DNA of 63,832 nt, the filler included, from Sluysia triapertura (Eukaryota): NCBI GenBank assembly GCA_046118255.1. It is 5 parts of 5 records of this genome, joined end to end, with 100 filler letters (N's around TTAATTAATTAA, not from the genome) between each part and the next. Parts side by side here need not be neighbours in the genome. Positions count along the whole stretch, not along the records: positions 50,351 to 63,832 come from JBJNIA010038147.1; 4 more parts are not named here. One strand, written 5' to 3'. The stretch's first letter is position 1. Each line of letters starts with the position of its first letter. This document shows, piece after piece, positions 53,251 through 63,832 of the stretch. A program made the position numbers and the translations under genes. The notes below the pieces were generated by a model. That model did no database searches. It saw nothing but the letters and a program-made list of their open reading frames with translations, and had not been told where the DNA came from.

Positions 53251-54069
53251 AATATAATAACACAATTTACTACAAATCAAATATGTACAAACTATTATAT
53301 CAGTACTTTGTCTGCTTTCTTTGTTATGCAATAATTTCTTGTTCTAAATTTTGTAAAAATAATAAAAATTATTATTATTAATTAAAAATTTTGCATGTTG
53401 GAAAAAATTAATAATTATTAAGTTGATATTTTAAATATGAAAACTGTACAAATTTTAGTTTTGATTGTAGTAATAACGACTTGTATAGTGATTTATTTTT
53501 GCTATTCACTTAAATGGCCGAATTATATTAAATTTCAATTGATCAAAAAAGTAAAATTACTAAATCGCAATCAATCATTTACTATAAATCATGTTATCAA
53601 AATTTGTTACTAAGACATGACATTTTGTCGAATTAAGTGAAGTATAATATAAGTACTGTGAAACGAAAATTACGAATTTGGCTATGTATGGTATCATGTT
53701 GGCAATCTACCTTAATCATCGTCACAAATAAACCCGTTTATCATCTTGCTTTATTTAACGAATTAATAACATTGTTATTATCCATGATTTGTTTAGCAAT
53801 TATACCCATTATAGACAATTATAAAAATAGTATGTTTTTTCAGTTTCCGTTGTGTTTGCAATAGTTATTCAAACTGTTATATTTTTTTGTTGTATTTTAT
53901 TGCATAAATAAAATATCAGATTTCTTCATTGTATTAAACTCTTTACTTTTTAAATTAAAGTTCGATGATTTTTTGTTAATTAAATTCTTGAATTTCTTTA
54001 ATACATATTTGAAAATAAATAAAATTAAATGTAAATTATTAAAATTAAATACAATTAATTATAATTTAT

Positions 54070-54611
54070 TAGAATCATATTACATAGCGCCCTCTACAAT
54101 GTTTAAATGGTTTATTGAGGTTCTAAATTCTTTTAGTAGTTTATAGGGCGTTAGGAGGCTCTAGATGTTTTCATCTTCACTTCTCTGATTCCTTTTTCTA
54201 TTTCTTCCTGTTAATTATTGTTATACTAGATTTATTCTTAATACCAATAACAATGATTTTATTTCTCAACTATTATAAAGATTTTAAATACTCTAAGATG
54301 CTTATCAAGGTTTCAAGAATACTTAAAGTTTAGTAGGTCTCAGATGATCTCAATGTTCCCAATCTCGAAGGTACTCTAATACCTTCAAAGGTTTTGCAAG
54401 TCCATTTCAAGCTTTCACAAGGTCGCAACACCTTATATAGGCCTTTCGAATGCCAAGGTATTATTTAGCTGTTAAAATTAATATAAATATTTTTAATTTC
54501 ATTATTCTTATTTCGACAATGTTTACAATGTTCAATCCATCAGTTTTTACCAGTCCTCTCTTCATCTTATAGCTCCATATGTTTCTTAATACACAATTTG
54601 GAATCCCAACA
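54070..54611 (-). mobile_element. LTR-like repeat starting TGTTGGGATT (copy of 4382-4900)
   Basis: Reverse-complement similarity to 4382-4900. Confidence 0.65.
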
Positions 54612-55078
54612 ACAGTCACGTTCCATCTATGAAACAAGGTTGCGGGTTCTCATCCTAATGCATCAGGTGTCCAGCAAGATGCTGTTGATCCTTCACAATT
54701 GGATACAAATTTAGATAGTTAATACAACAAGCGTAGATGCGAAACAAGAGCTTGGCAATTGTTATTATATATTCCCGTGATGCTGGAAAAATTACTGGCA
54801 CATTTTTAGAACTCGGTAATTCGGAATTGTTATTTATGATAAACAAAGAGACTGTGAAAGTAAAAATCAAAGAAGTGAATGTGTTGAAATCCCATCAATC
54901 TGGAGATCAATAAGATATACAGCTGCGCAGGATTCGTATTTGGAAGGAAAAAATTGAAAAAATAGTAAAATACAAATAAATGAACTTTTGGATTTAAGTG
55001 ATTTTTTTATTGTAACTAGTATTATTATTGTGAATTTCATTAGTATCATGTAAAAGAATTGAACTGACTTGTATCAAT
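54612..55078 (+). pseudogene. Decayed duplicate of the PABP MLLE domain and 3' UTR
   Basis: Colinear with 56525-57024, with several small deletions. Confidence 0.9.
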
Positions 55079-55725
55079 TGTGTTTTTCTTTATTCAAAAT
55101 AAATTAGATATTTGTAATGAGATATTTGAGTGTTATCTTTTAATAAAAAATTAATATTTTAAAATATTAAATTCTTTTGTAATTTATATTTTTTGATGCA
55201 TTTTGTAGTAAGTTTTTCTAATTTATTGATTTTTTAATAATTATACTGGCATAGAATTATTATGGCGATTACTTAATTACATTAATTGATTTTATTATGG
55301 TTATGTTTTTTAAATTTATGATTCAATGCTCAATTATTAAATAGTGTTGTTTTTTATGTACTATATTAACTATGATCGTGTTCGATGATTACAGGATTTG
55401 GAAATTGGCCTTGCAAGGCCTGTGTTATAATGAATTTGATTAATTAAATTTGAAATGAGTATGTTTGGGTTTAACGTGCAAGTCAATTATATTCCAATTT
55501 ATTAAGCTTATTTTTTGCATAATTTAGTTTTACATGGTTACACAGAGTTGTGTGCAGTTAATAAATGATAATGCATATCAATTTGACTTGCAAATTGAAC
55601 TGCTTGTTAGATTCAAGTGAGTTGTCAATAATTACTTTGCTTACATTTCATAAAATTAGTATTGCTTTTTTGATAGAAAGTTAGATGTGTAATCTATAAG
55701 AGCCTTTTATATTTCAATTTATGTA

Positions 55726-56892
55726 TACAATGATAAAACTTTGTATGTTGGCAGAGCAATGAAAAAGGCAGAAAGGCAAAAAGAATTAAAAACGAAACAT
55801 GATAGATTACGTCAAGAACAAGCGACATGCTATAAAAGTGGTTTGAATTTGTATATTAAAAATTTGGGAAAAGATATTGATGACAATAGGCTTAGACAAG
55901 AATTTCAAATGTATGGAAACATAACAAGTGTAAAAGTTATGTTAAATAAGGAAAATACATCTAAAGGTTTCGGGTTTGTCTCTTTTTCTGCACCAGATGA
56001 AGCTATAAGAGCAGTTTCAGAAATGAATGGCAAAATTGTTGATGGAAAAGCATTGTATGTTGCATTAGCCCAAAAGAAAAAGGATCGTGTTGCCAAATTA
56101 CGAGCACAGTTTGCTCAAAGAATGAACCAACCTACCGATATGCTACCTCAAAATTTAATGAACATGATGATTAATTCAAATCCAACAACTCGCAATATTT
56201 ATTATACGCCATTCAGTGTTGCACAGAGATGGCCTGCTGCCACGGCTATGCAATATATGCCAACTGGAGCACAACGAAATATGATGAATTTTGTGGTAGT
56301 ACAATCGACTAATGCTATGATGACTCAACAAAATCAATCAGCTCTGCTACAGCAGCATAGGATTCAATCAGAACAACTAGCATTGCTTCAAAATGCTAGA
56401 AATGCTCAACCTACAACTGGTAATATTGGAATAAATCAACAACCTGGAGTTCAAAGTGGTATTGGACGTTCTCCATTCATAGGTAATGGATCAAGAGCAG
56501 GTTTGAACGGATTTTATTATGGTGACAGTCACGTTCTATCTGCGACACAAGGTTCTCAAATGCAACAAGTTGCGGGTTCTCATCCTAGTGCATCAGGTGC
56601 CCCTCAAGATGATGTTGATCCTTCACACTTGGATACAAATTTAGCAAGTCAAATAGCTAATGCAACAAGCGTAGATGCGAAAAAAATGCTTGGCAAAAAG
56701 ATATACCCAATTGTTATTAAATATTCCCTTGATGCTGGAAAAATTACTGACATGTTTTTAGAACTCGATAATTCGGAATTGTTATTTATGATAGAGAACG
56801 AAGAGACTATGAAAGTAAAAATCGAAGAAGCAGTGAATGTGTTGAAAGCCCATCAATCTGGAAATAGATCGGGAGCAAGTGGAGATCAGTAA
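55726..56892 (+). CDS. PABPC: Cytoplasmic poly(A)-binding protein, 5'-truncated (end of RRM3, RRM4, Q-rich linker, MLLE)
   Basis: LYVGRAMKKAER; NLYIKNL; SKGFGFVSF; LYVALAQKK; LGKKIYP...AGKITDMFLELDNSELL...EAVNVL; RRM1-3 absent; no ATG or nearby splice acceptor at the start. Confidence 0.9.
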   Translation, partial: YNDKTLYVGRAMKKAERQKELKTKHDRLRQEQATCYKSGLNLYIKNLGKDIDDNRLRQEFQMYGNITSVKVMLNKENTSKGFGFVSFSAPDEAIRAVSEMNGKIVDGKALYVALAQKKKDRVAKLRAQFAQRMNQPTDMLPQNLMNMMINSNPTTRNIYYTPFSVAQRWPAATAMQYMPTGAQRNMMNFVVVQSTNAMMTQQNQSALLQQHRIQSEQLALLQNARNAQPTTGNIGINQQPGVQSGIGRSPFIGNGSRAGLNGFYYGDSHVLSATQGSQMQQVAGSHPSASGAPQDDVDPSHLDTNLASQIANATSVDAKKMLGKKIYPIVIKYSLDAGKITDMFLELDNSELLFMIENEETMKVKIEEAVNVLKAHQSGNRSGASGDQ

Positions 56893-57020
56893 GATATACA
56901 GATGGGCATGGTTCGAATTTGGAAGGAAAAAATAGTAAAATACAAATAAATGAACTTTTGGATTTAAGTGTTTTTATTATAAGTAGTATTAGTGTCCCTT
57001 AAAATAATTGAACTGACATG

Positions 57021-57086
57021 TATCGGACTGCGTGGCGAAGGAGCTCGGATTCGATTCCCGGTCAGTTCATCTTATGAAGTTTAACA
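57021..57086 (+). mobile_element. 3' half of the tRNA-like element, followed by PBS-like TGGTGAGTCCAC
   Basis: ATCGGACTGC...GATTCGATTCCCGGTCAGTTCA...GAAGTTTAACA; begins where the PABP 3' UTR departs from its duplicate. Confidence 0.7.
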
Positions 57087-57145
57087 TTTGGTGAGTCCAC
57101 ATATGCAATACCCTTCTGATGTTGAGGTCAACATAATTGAATTTA

Positions 57146-57233
57146 TGTTGGGATACAGGCCTAAAGTACCATAGAATAATGATATTGTAATTGACTATAA
57201 TAAAACAAAATTGTTAGACGGGACTGATACTCA
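57146..57233 (+). mobile_element. 5' half of the tRNA-like element, truncated by RT sequence
   Basis: TGTTGGGATACAGGCCTAAAGTACCAT...AAATTGTTAGACGGGACTGATA matches the reverse complement of 540-617. Confidence 0.75.
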
Positions 57234-57775
57234 TATGACCTGAAATCTCCTTCATATTTTGCCTGCGCTGAACGTCCTGAAGGACCTGTACCAAGGCAGC
57301 AGTACCACCTACAAATGCAATGGCATTATAATCAAACCAAACAGGATGTCAATTGTCCATAACACTATTCTGTCTGTCAATAGAAAACCTGTTATGTCAG
57401 TTCACGGATGATGACTATATCAAAATCACTGATGACCTGAAATTTCCTCCATACCTGGCATATGCTGACGATGTAACCCTCATCAGCATTATATTCGACA
57501 GACTTAAACAAATTGTCAACGGAGTTGTCAAAATTGCCAACTTCATATTTCGGCCTACGAAATGCTTCTACTACTTACTAATCGAAAATATCCCGATTCC
57601 CCGTGTCACTAACGAAAACCAAACACTACTTCTTCGCGTTCCATTTGGTGACTAAAAACGACAAAGTATTAATGACTTACTAAACGAAAACAATAAAGAT
57701 ACCGAAATAATCTCGAAGTCAAAACTGAGTGCCCGGAATAAGTTCCTCATTTACCGGAACTGTGTGCAGTCACTC
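57234..57775 (+). mobile_element. Non-LTR reverse transcriptase fragment (C-terminal half plus thumb), related to the adjacent element
   Basis: LKDLYQGSSTTYK; KQGCQLSITLFCLSIE; YLAYADDVTLIS; VPFG; SKLSARNKFLIYR. Confidence 0.85.
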
Positions 57776-59988
57776 TATTAAAGTTCCGTCTGACACGAAA
57801 TCTAAACACCCACATCCTTCTCTTGAAACCCTTTGCAGTAAAATTAGTAAGAATGACTTTTCTGTCGATGAAATCTTTTCGGAATTCTGTGATTTAATGC
57901 ATAGGTTTTTTCCACCAAAATTACCTAACATCCTGTGTCAGTTTAAAAAATCTCACACTGAACCAAACGAGGAAATAAAAATTGACCTGGATAAAATCTT
58001 ACATCAAAATCAATCTGAGGCATTCCAATTAATAACTGGTGCTGCCTGTCCTCCAGTTACACCTTCAGCTATTGAAATTTGCGATTACTGATACTGTTCC
58101 TCTTTCTGACCCATCACAACTTGGAGATATATACTAACGACCAAATCGCTGAACAAGAAATTATGTAAAAATTCCGCTCCCGGCACAAACAAAATCACGT
58201 TTGAACATATTAAAAACGTTGATCCGTCAGGTAAATTTTTATGCCTCCTTTTTAATAAAATTATTCTTATCCAAAACATATCACGATCCTGGAAGAACTT
58301 TACCACCCTTCTTATAATAAAACCTAATAAATTTCATCTTGCGTATGAGGTCTCATCTTGACAGCCCATTGCTGTACTTGATTCAACATATCGCATTTTT
58401 ACCAAGATAATAATGGTACATGATGGCAACCTTATCAGTGCTAATCAGGCTGCGCTTCTATTGCATTCCCTACAGGAAATTATTACTTCCCTAAATAACA
58501 TGGAAGATTGAGCTCCATGTTATATTCCTTGACTTACCAATGCTTTTGGTTCTATCCCCCACCAACTGATCTGGCATACTTTATCACTCATAGGTCTTAA
58601 CCAATACACCTTTAATCTTTTTAGGGACCTATATGAGGATAGTAGCACATGTTACAAATATTATAACCTGTTCCTATAAGATGTAGTGTAAAATAGGCTG
58701 CCATATTTCTATGACTCTTTTCTGTTTGACCATTAATTACTTATTTCGTAGGTTCACCTCCACTGAATATTACGTCTCAGTTAGTGGAATATCATTTCTC
58801 CCTAGGCAGATGATATTGCACTTATTGCTACTTCGCATAAACACCTCCAGCAGATACTCAACTACATCGTAGGACTAAATCTGCTAATCTGATCTTTTGC
58901 CATAGTAAATGTTTCTATTTCCACAATATCCCTGATTCGACAAATCTTTCTGTCTTCATTGATGGAACCCAAATTTTAAATAAGAAAGATGGTGAAAATG
59001 CGATCTATCTAGGGTTCCCATTTGGTAAACCTAAAAAACCTGAATGACCTTCTTGGAGAGAACCTAAAAAATCAAAGACTCCAGTTTAAGTTGCATAAAC
59101 AAATTTCTTATGTTTCGACACTTTATTCACTCGCGCCTTCCATTTCACTTGCGCAATCTAAATATTAATACCCAAATGCTTAGTAGTCCTCACGCACGAC
59201 AATCCAAAAACTTCCCCAATCTGTTGGATAAGACGAAAAACTAAACCATCTATTCAAGGGCTTCATAGGATTGAAAAACTTACCTTTAAACAATTCTTTC
59301 TGTTATGCACACAAAAATTACGCGGTTTAAGCCTGATTTCTTCTTACGATGATGATATGTGCCAGAATATAATTTGCGCCTTCCGCCTATTTAACAGCCG
59401 ACAATCATTATTCGTACCCTTCTCTGGCATGAAATTCTTCGCCTAGCCAATGATAGATTAAATAAATAATATTTCTGATGCTCTATCTTAACTGAATGGC
59501 AGTAAACCCGATAAGCGTTCACGACTTCTGACACGGTGGACCAAAATTGGACAATCTATCCTCAATTTGTGCCGAACATACCGAATTTCTGCTGTATTTT
59601 TTTACTGTGAAAACCAAATAAAATTAAATATCAAATGCGACATCCTTGGTGAAAACGAAGTCATATTAAATCGGTTTCATAAAGAGAAAGTAGGTAAATA
59701 TCTTCATGAACTGATTAACGTTTCCAATACCAACATTTGGAAATCCCACAAAATCCAAGGTCCTATATCTGGTCACCCGTTTTCTTTATAATTAGACAAC
59801 CAGAGTTGAATTTTTATGATTAAGGCTAAGAATAGTATTCTTAAGCTTAATTTCTCTCCACAAAACACTACACTTCATCTCCCCCATTACGTGTCGCTGA
59901 TGTGGCTTTGAACGGGAAACAATTGCTCACATATTATGTATTTGCCTCGAACTATCACTGGCCATACAGTCAGACATAATAATATTGT

Positions 59989-60879
59989 GTCTTTTATACT
60001 TTTTATTTTACAAATTATTAATCAAAACTCAATAACTAAACAAATTCAGTATCTCGATATATTTTTTGAATAATCACAAAACTACAATTAAAAGATATAA
60101 ATTATTCTTTATGACAACGACAACACAAAGTACTCTTTATAACAAAATACAAATTATTCTTTATAGCAATATAACAACGTAAATTACTCTTTAAAAACAA
60201 ATCACAACCAGGGTTGACACAAGTTAAATCATTGCACCCGTATTATATACTCAATACTCAAAATATACTCAATACAAAATAAACCACTAACTCTAAATAC
60301 TCATGTTGATCAATTGCTAAAGAATAAGCCCTGATATCACCGTTAACCACAGCTGTATCAAGGCAGCGTCCCTCAGCTAGAAAGTTCGATCCCCGGTCAG
60401 TCCATTTTACGAAGTCTAACAACACTTAGACATTAGAACATATTTAATTTTAATTTTAATTTTAAATTACAAAATTAATTAAAATAACTAATTTTTATCT
60501 ACGTTGACGTTCTTCGCAATACTTCATCATTGAAACCAATAATAAAACTCAACATTATACACTAAATTTAATATCATTACAGCATGAGAAAACATTTTCA
60601 TTGTGTTATCAAATTAATTAAATTTCAATTAAGTTAATCAACAAATGTACTTTAGTATTTTAACAAGTAAAACTCTGTAAAAGGTTATTTCTTCGTATTT
60701 CTCATCGTTTTATCTTGATTCAATTATCTCATATGCTTATCTTATCATTATAATTCATCATAATCCTCTATCTCATTCCTCAATAATGTTCACCTTATTC
60801 TGTTATCCTGAGTCTTGAACCTTTATATCTACCCTTATCCTTCTCCAATCCAAACAATAAGATTACATATTTTTATTGT
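59989..60879. mobile_element. Insertion in the RLE element (possible TATTGT duplication), with short tandem repeats at 60090-60200
   Basis: Removing it restores RHNNIV-SLHSKPKQMG; tattgt occurs at both junctions. Confidence 0.6.
60384..60421 (+). mobile_element. 3' end of the tRNA-like element (B box plus tail)
   Basis: GTTCGATCCCCGGTCAGTCCATTTTACGAAGTCTAACA, one mismatch from the copy at 461-498. Confidence 0.85.
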
Positions 60880-61195
60880 TAGTTTACATAGTAAACCTAA
60901 ACAAATGGGCTTCTCAGTCAAAATGGATACGCAAACCTCCTTTACTGGTGACTATCGAAGACCTTATATACAAGCTCAAGGTTTACGTCAAATCGCCGAT
61001 TGATGCTTATGAGAAATTTAAGGCGGCCAGAACTTTTAATATTACGAAATATCCCGACCTGAGAGATAATCTCCAAATACAACTAAACGTCAGGTTTCTC
61101 TTGACACGTGTGTTGTTGGAATACTTGGTTCTTGGGATCCTGAAAATGATATCCTTCTGAAAAAACTAGGCTTCCGTAAGGCAGATATTACTGGT

Positions 61196-62788
61196 TTAGC
61201 ACGCTATGGGAGAGCTCGTAGTCTTGGGTCGAAATTTATTGTAAAAATTTAAAAAATCAATTGGAAATCTTTTATTATATAGTTGACGAACGTGTTGAGG
61301 GCATTTGAAGCTAATACCGTGAATCATTAGATTCATGTGTTTAGTTGGTTCGCAATTTGTGGTTAGATAGGTTTGCTCTAACGTTAATTTAAGAATCACA
61401 TTCTTGCCCTGAATAACTACGAGCTGGTTGAGTCTATCGATGTTACGCAGTGGTAAAATAGTTAACTTTTCATATTTTGGAGATGTAGGTCGTTTTATGT
61501 GAAGGAAACTGTCGGTTTCCACAAAAATCATAGAAAATTTGCTCAAACAGAGTTGATTAAACCCCGTATATCTTTTATAAAGGAATTTCGAATAATTCAT
61601 ATTAAAATTATTATTTATTAAATATACATGTGAATAAAGGACAATTACAGAATTTATTAATTTGTACAAAGGTTTGAATTTGTTCAAAATTGGCCTCATC
61701 TTCATTCTATGGCGGCTCTCTTCCTTCTCCAAGGATCCATCTTCGTCGATGCACTGTATAGATTCTCTATAATACAAAAAATAATACAAATAGTAAGTTA
61801 AAAGGTAATTATAACGTTGTATTGCAGTAATAATTAAGAATGGTAAATATTTGATGTTACTAATGGATAAGGCAAAAACAAATAGCATTACTTTATCATC
61901 TTTGGGAGAATAGAGAAGGCCGTTGAACTGGATGATATACATAGTATGGCCAGCGAGTAGTGCTTCCCAGTGTGCCCGCATCTGAAGACGTTGAGTTTGA
62001 TCTGAGAGTTGAGCGCTCCTTTGGTTGACCTTGCATACCTGCTTTAATTGCGAAGCACCGTCGTACCATGAGCAGAATACATCATTATATACTACTTCGG
62101 GCAGATTGATACGTGCTAATTTGGGTAGGCCATCATCCACTGACTTGATTACATCATATTTACAATTAAACATTTCGCTAAAATCACAATTTATACAGTA
62201 TATGCAGTAGGGATCTGTGGACAATAAACACTCACGATTTTCGTATCTAGCTAAGCTTTCTTTAACTAAAACTTCTACAAAGTCTAAAATTTTAACATTG
62301 CAAACTCCCGCTTTGTTCCACTTTAGAATGTCACCACCCTTGTCAGGAACTGGATCTAAAACTTTAACAGAACATGTATCATGTCTAAGATTATTCATCG
62401 CATAGATTATCAGAACAGTTTTGGGCTTATCATCTAAATTTCGCAAGCAAATAATTGTTGATTGTTCATAATTTAGTAAATCATTCTTTGAGTTATCATA
62501 ATGACTGTTAGCCAGCTCGTCATCCATCATTTGGGTTGTCAGAACACTTTTAGTTTTATCATCTAAATTTCGCAAGCAAATAATTGTTGATTGTTCATAA
62601 TTTAGTAAATCATTCTTTACGTTATCATAATGACTCTTACCCAGCTCGTCATCCATCATTTGAGTTGTCAGAACACTTTTAGTTTTATCATCTAAATTTC
62701 GCAAGCAAATAATTGTTGATTGTTCATAATTTTGTAGATCATTCTTTACGTTATCATAATGACTCTTACCCAGCTCGTCATCCATCAT
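61196..62788 (-). CDS. Orphan ORF (530 codons) with three N-terminal 43-aa repeats and a Cys cluster; cargo of module C
   Basis: Longest ORF in the window; MMDDEL...STIICLRNLDDK x3; CIYCINC; the C-terminal third may be intron or antisense LINE read-through. Confidence 0.6.
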   Translation of the reverse strand: MMDDELGKSHYDNVKNDLQNYEQSTIICLRNLDDKTKSVLTTQMMDDELGKSHYDNVKNDLLNYEQSTIICLRNLDDKTKSVLTTQMMDDELANSHYDNSKNDLLNYEQSTIICLRNLDDKPKTVLIIYAMNNLRHDTCSVKVLDPVPDKGGDILKWNKAGVCNVKILDFVEVLVKESLARYENRECLLSTDPYCIYCINCDFSEMFNCKYDVIKSVDDGLPKLARINLPEVVYNDVFCSWYDGASQLKQVCKVNQRSAQLSDQTQRLQMRAHWEALLAGHTMYIIQFNGLLYSPKDDKVMLFVFALSISNIKYLPFLIITAIQRYNYLLTYYLYYFLYYRESIQCIDEDGSLEKEESRHRMKMRPILNKFKPLYKLINSVIVLYSHVYLINNNFNMNYSKFLYKRYTGFNQLCLSKFSMIFVETDSFLHIKRPTSPKYEKLTILPLRNIDRLNQLVVIQGKNVILKLTLEQTYLTTNCEPTKHMNLMIHGISFKCPQHVRQLYNKRFPIDFLNFYNKFRPKTTSSPIAC

Positions 62789-62797
62789 TTGAGTTGT
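62410..62797. repeat. 3 x 129-bp tandem repeat
   Basis: Near-identical units 'ttatcatctaaatttcgcaagcaaataattgttgattgttcataat...ccagctcgtcatccatcatttg'. Confidence 0.95.
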
Positions 62798-62985
62798 CGT
62801 GATTGAATTTTATCTGACGCTTGAAACTAATTTTTTGTTGCTGCTTACTATATTTGTCTCTGTCTTATTAATTTGTAAAAAATGTCTGGATAATTTTTCA
62901 TTAAAAACAATGGCTGCCAAAAAATTTTTATTTTTTTGTCTGCTTAATTAATTTTTTGATTTTTGTACTTTTATTGGCTGATGCG

Positions 62986-63108
62986 TGACATACCCAATCA
63001 GAGTGTATTTCATTATTCTGACGATATTTTTAGCTCTGATTGGGTAATGTTACAAATGATGAAAATTTAATTTTGCACTGTCATCAGCAGTGTGTCGATG
63101 CAGTTGTT
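62986..63108 (-). promoter_or_regulatory. Hairpin plus inverted CCAAT-box pair (module copy C, diverged)
   Basis: tacccaatcagag (62991-63003)/ctctgattgggta (63034-63046); minus-strand 'acactgctgatgac' resembles 'acactgatgatggc' of copies A and B; upstream of ORF 62788. Confidence 0.55.
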
Positions 63109-63832
63109 ACGTAATAGTTATTACTGAGTAACTATGGATAATGATAGTACTAAAAGTACTGATGAATCATAATGATAATAATGAAGAAATAGTACTAATG
63201 ATAATAAATAAAGTTAATAATAAAATAATAAATAATAAAAATGAGAATAATAATAAATACAAAGCATGAAATGAATCACATAATTATTTGTAAACATTCT
63301 TCTGTTATTTAGAACTTTTCTTTCTCTATAAAATAATTGGGGTTAAGGTATTTTCTTTAAACCATTTAAAATTAATTGTGATTTTATAATCAGTGTTAAA
63401 ATGAGAGGCTTGAGTAGAGAATTTCATTACTAATAATTTGTACTTTATAATTTGTTAAGAATCTATTCAGCACATTAATTAACAACATAAAAATGTCTTT
63501 TTAAAGTTTCTCGAATGTATCGTTATTTAAAATAAATGTGTGAATAAAAATGATAAAATTATAATGATAAGAAAAATAAAAATCAGGGGTCGTAATGGGA
63601 AGAAATGCCAGTAATAAAAGATAAGCAGTCCTGAGGAATCAATGCATAAATCTTGTGTCTTTTTATCTATTCACACAAGCTTTTCTTACATCTTTTTATT
63701 CTAACATATTGGAAAAGAAAATGAAATGAGAAGTGTTGAATATAATTTGTTAGCGTTAATTGCTGTTTTATAATTTGAAAGCAGGGTCTAAACATTAGGT
63801 TTGAACTATTTGTTGGAAAGATTGAAGTTAAG

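Larger units (their letters stand above)
57780..61260 (+). mobile_element. Decayed RLE-type (R2 group, NeSL/Utopia-like) non-LTR retrotransposon interrupted by a ~0.9-kb insertion
   Basis: NSAPG; W..FTTLLIIK; *QPIAVLDSTYRIF; FLDL/NAFGSIPH; ADDIALI; CCHC knuckle CR*CGFERETIAHILCIC; RHNNIV; after the insertion RRPYI...AARTFNITKYPDL...VVGILGSWDPENDILLKKLG. Confidence 0.88.

Noticed and set aside
55905-56096. Antisense ORFs over PABP, RT and the orphan genes (also 1413-1682, 58085-58306, 62025-62405)
   Set aside because: Shadows of real or decayed coding frames on the opposite strand.
61196-61270. C terminus of the 530-aa ORF as genuine protein
   Set aside because: Overlaps the antisense of the RLE endonuclease tail, so it is probably read-through.

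Overview
Very AT-rich eukaryotic DNA, most likely metazoan (PABP, DMXL, ITFG2, XRRA1-like and cystathionine gamma-lyase sequences, plus short GT-AG introns). It is not prokaryotic. The window joins five scaffolds with artificial 100-nt N+TTAATTAATTAA+N linkers, so neighbourhood across those linkers means nothing. Content is mostly decayed mobile DNA and host-gene fragments: a NeSL/Utopia-type RLE non-LTR retrotransposon, L2-type and Gypsy remnants, hAT and piggyBac-type MITEs, a 5'-truncated PABP ORF with a decayed duplicate, and pseudogene fragments. Best candidates for undescribed biology: (1) a conserved leader plus hairpin/inverted-CCAAT module found three times, each time before a different orphan ORF cassette; (2) a 157-bp TG...CA element with a 4-bp TSD that carries a tRNA-Cys-derived Pol III promoter, with filled and empty sites both present; (3) a ~9.4-kb mirror arrangement of elements starting TGTGGTGGCCAAC that carry host-gene fragments; (4) a dispersed ~45-nt hairpin with a compensatory base change. 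All homology calls come from motif recognition by eye; no searches were run.
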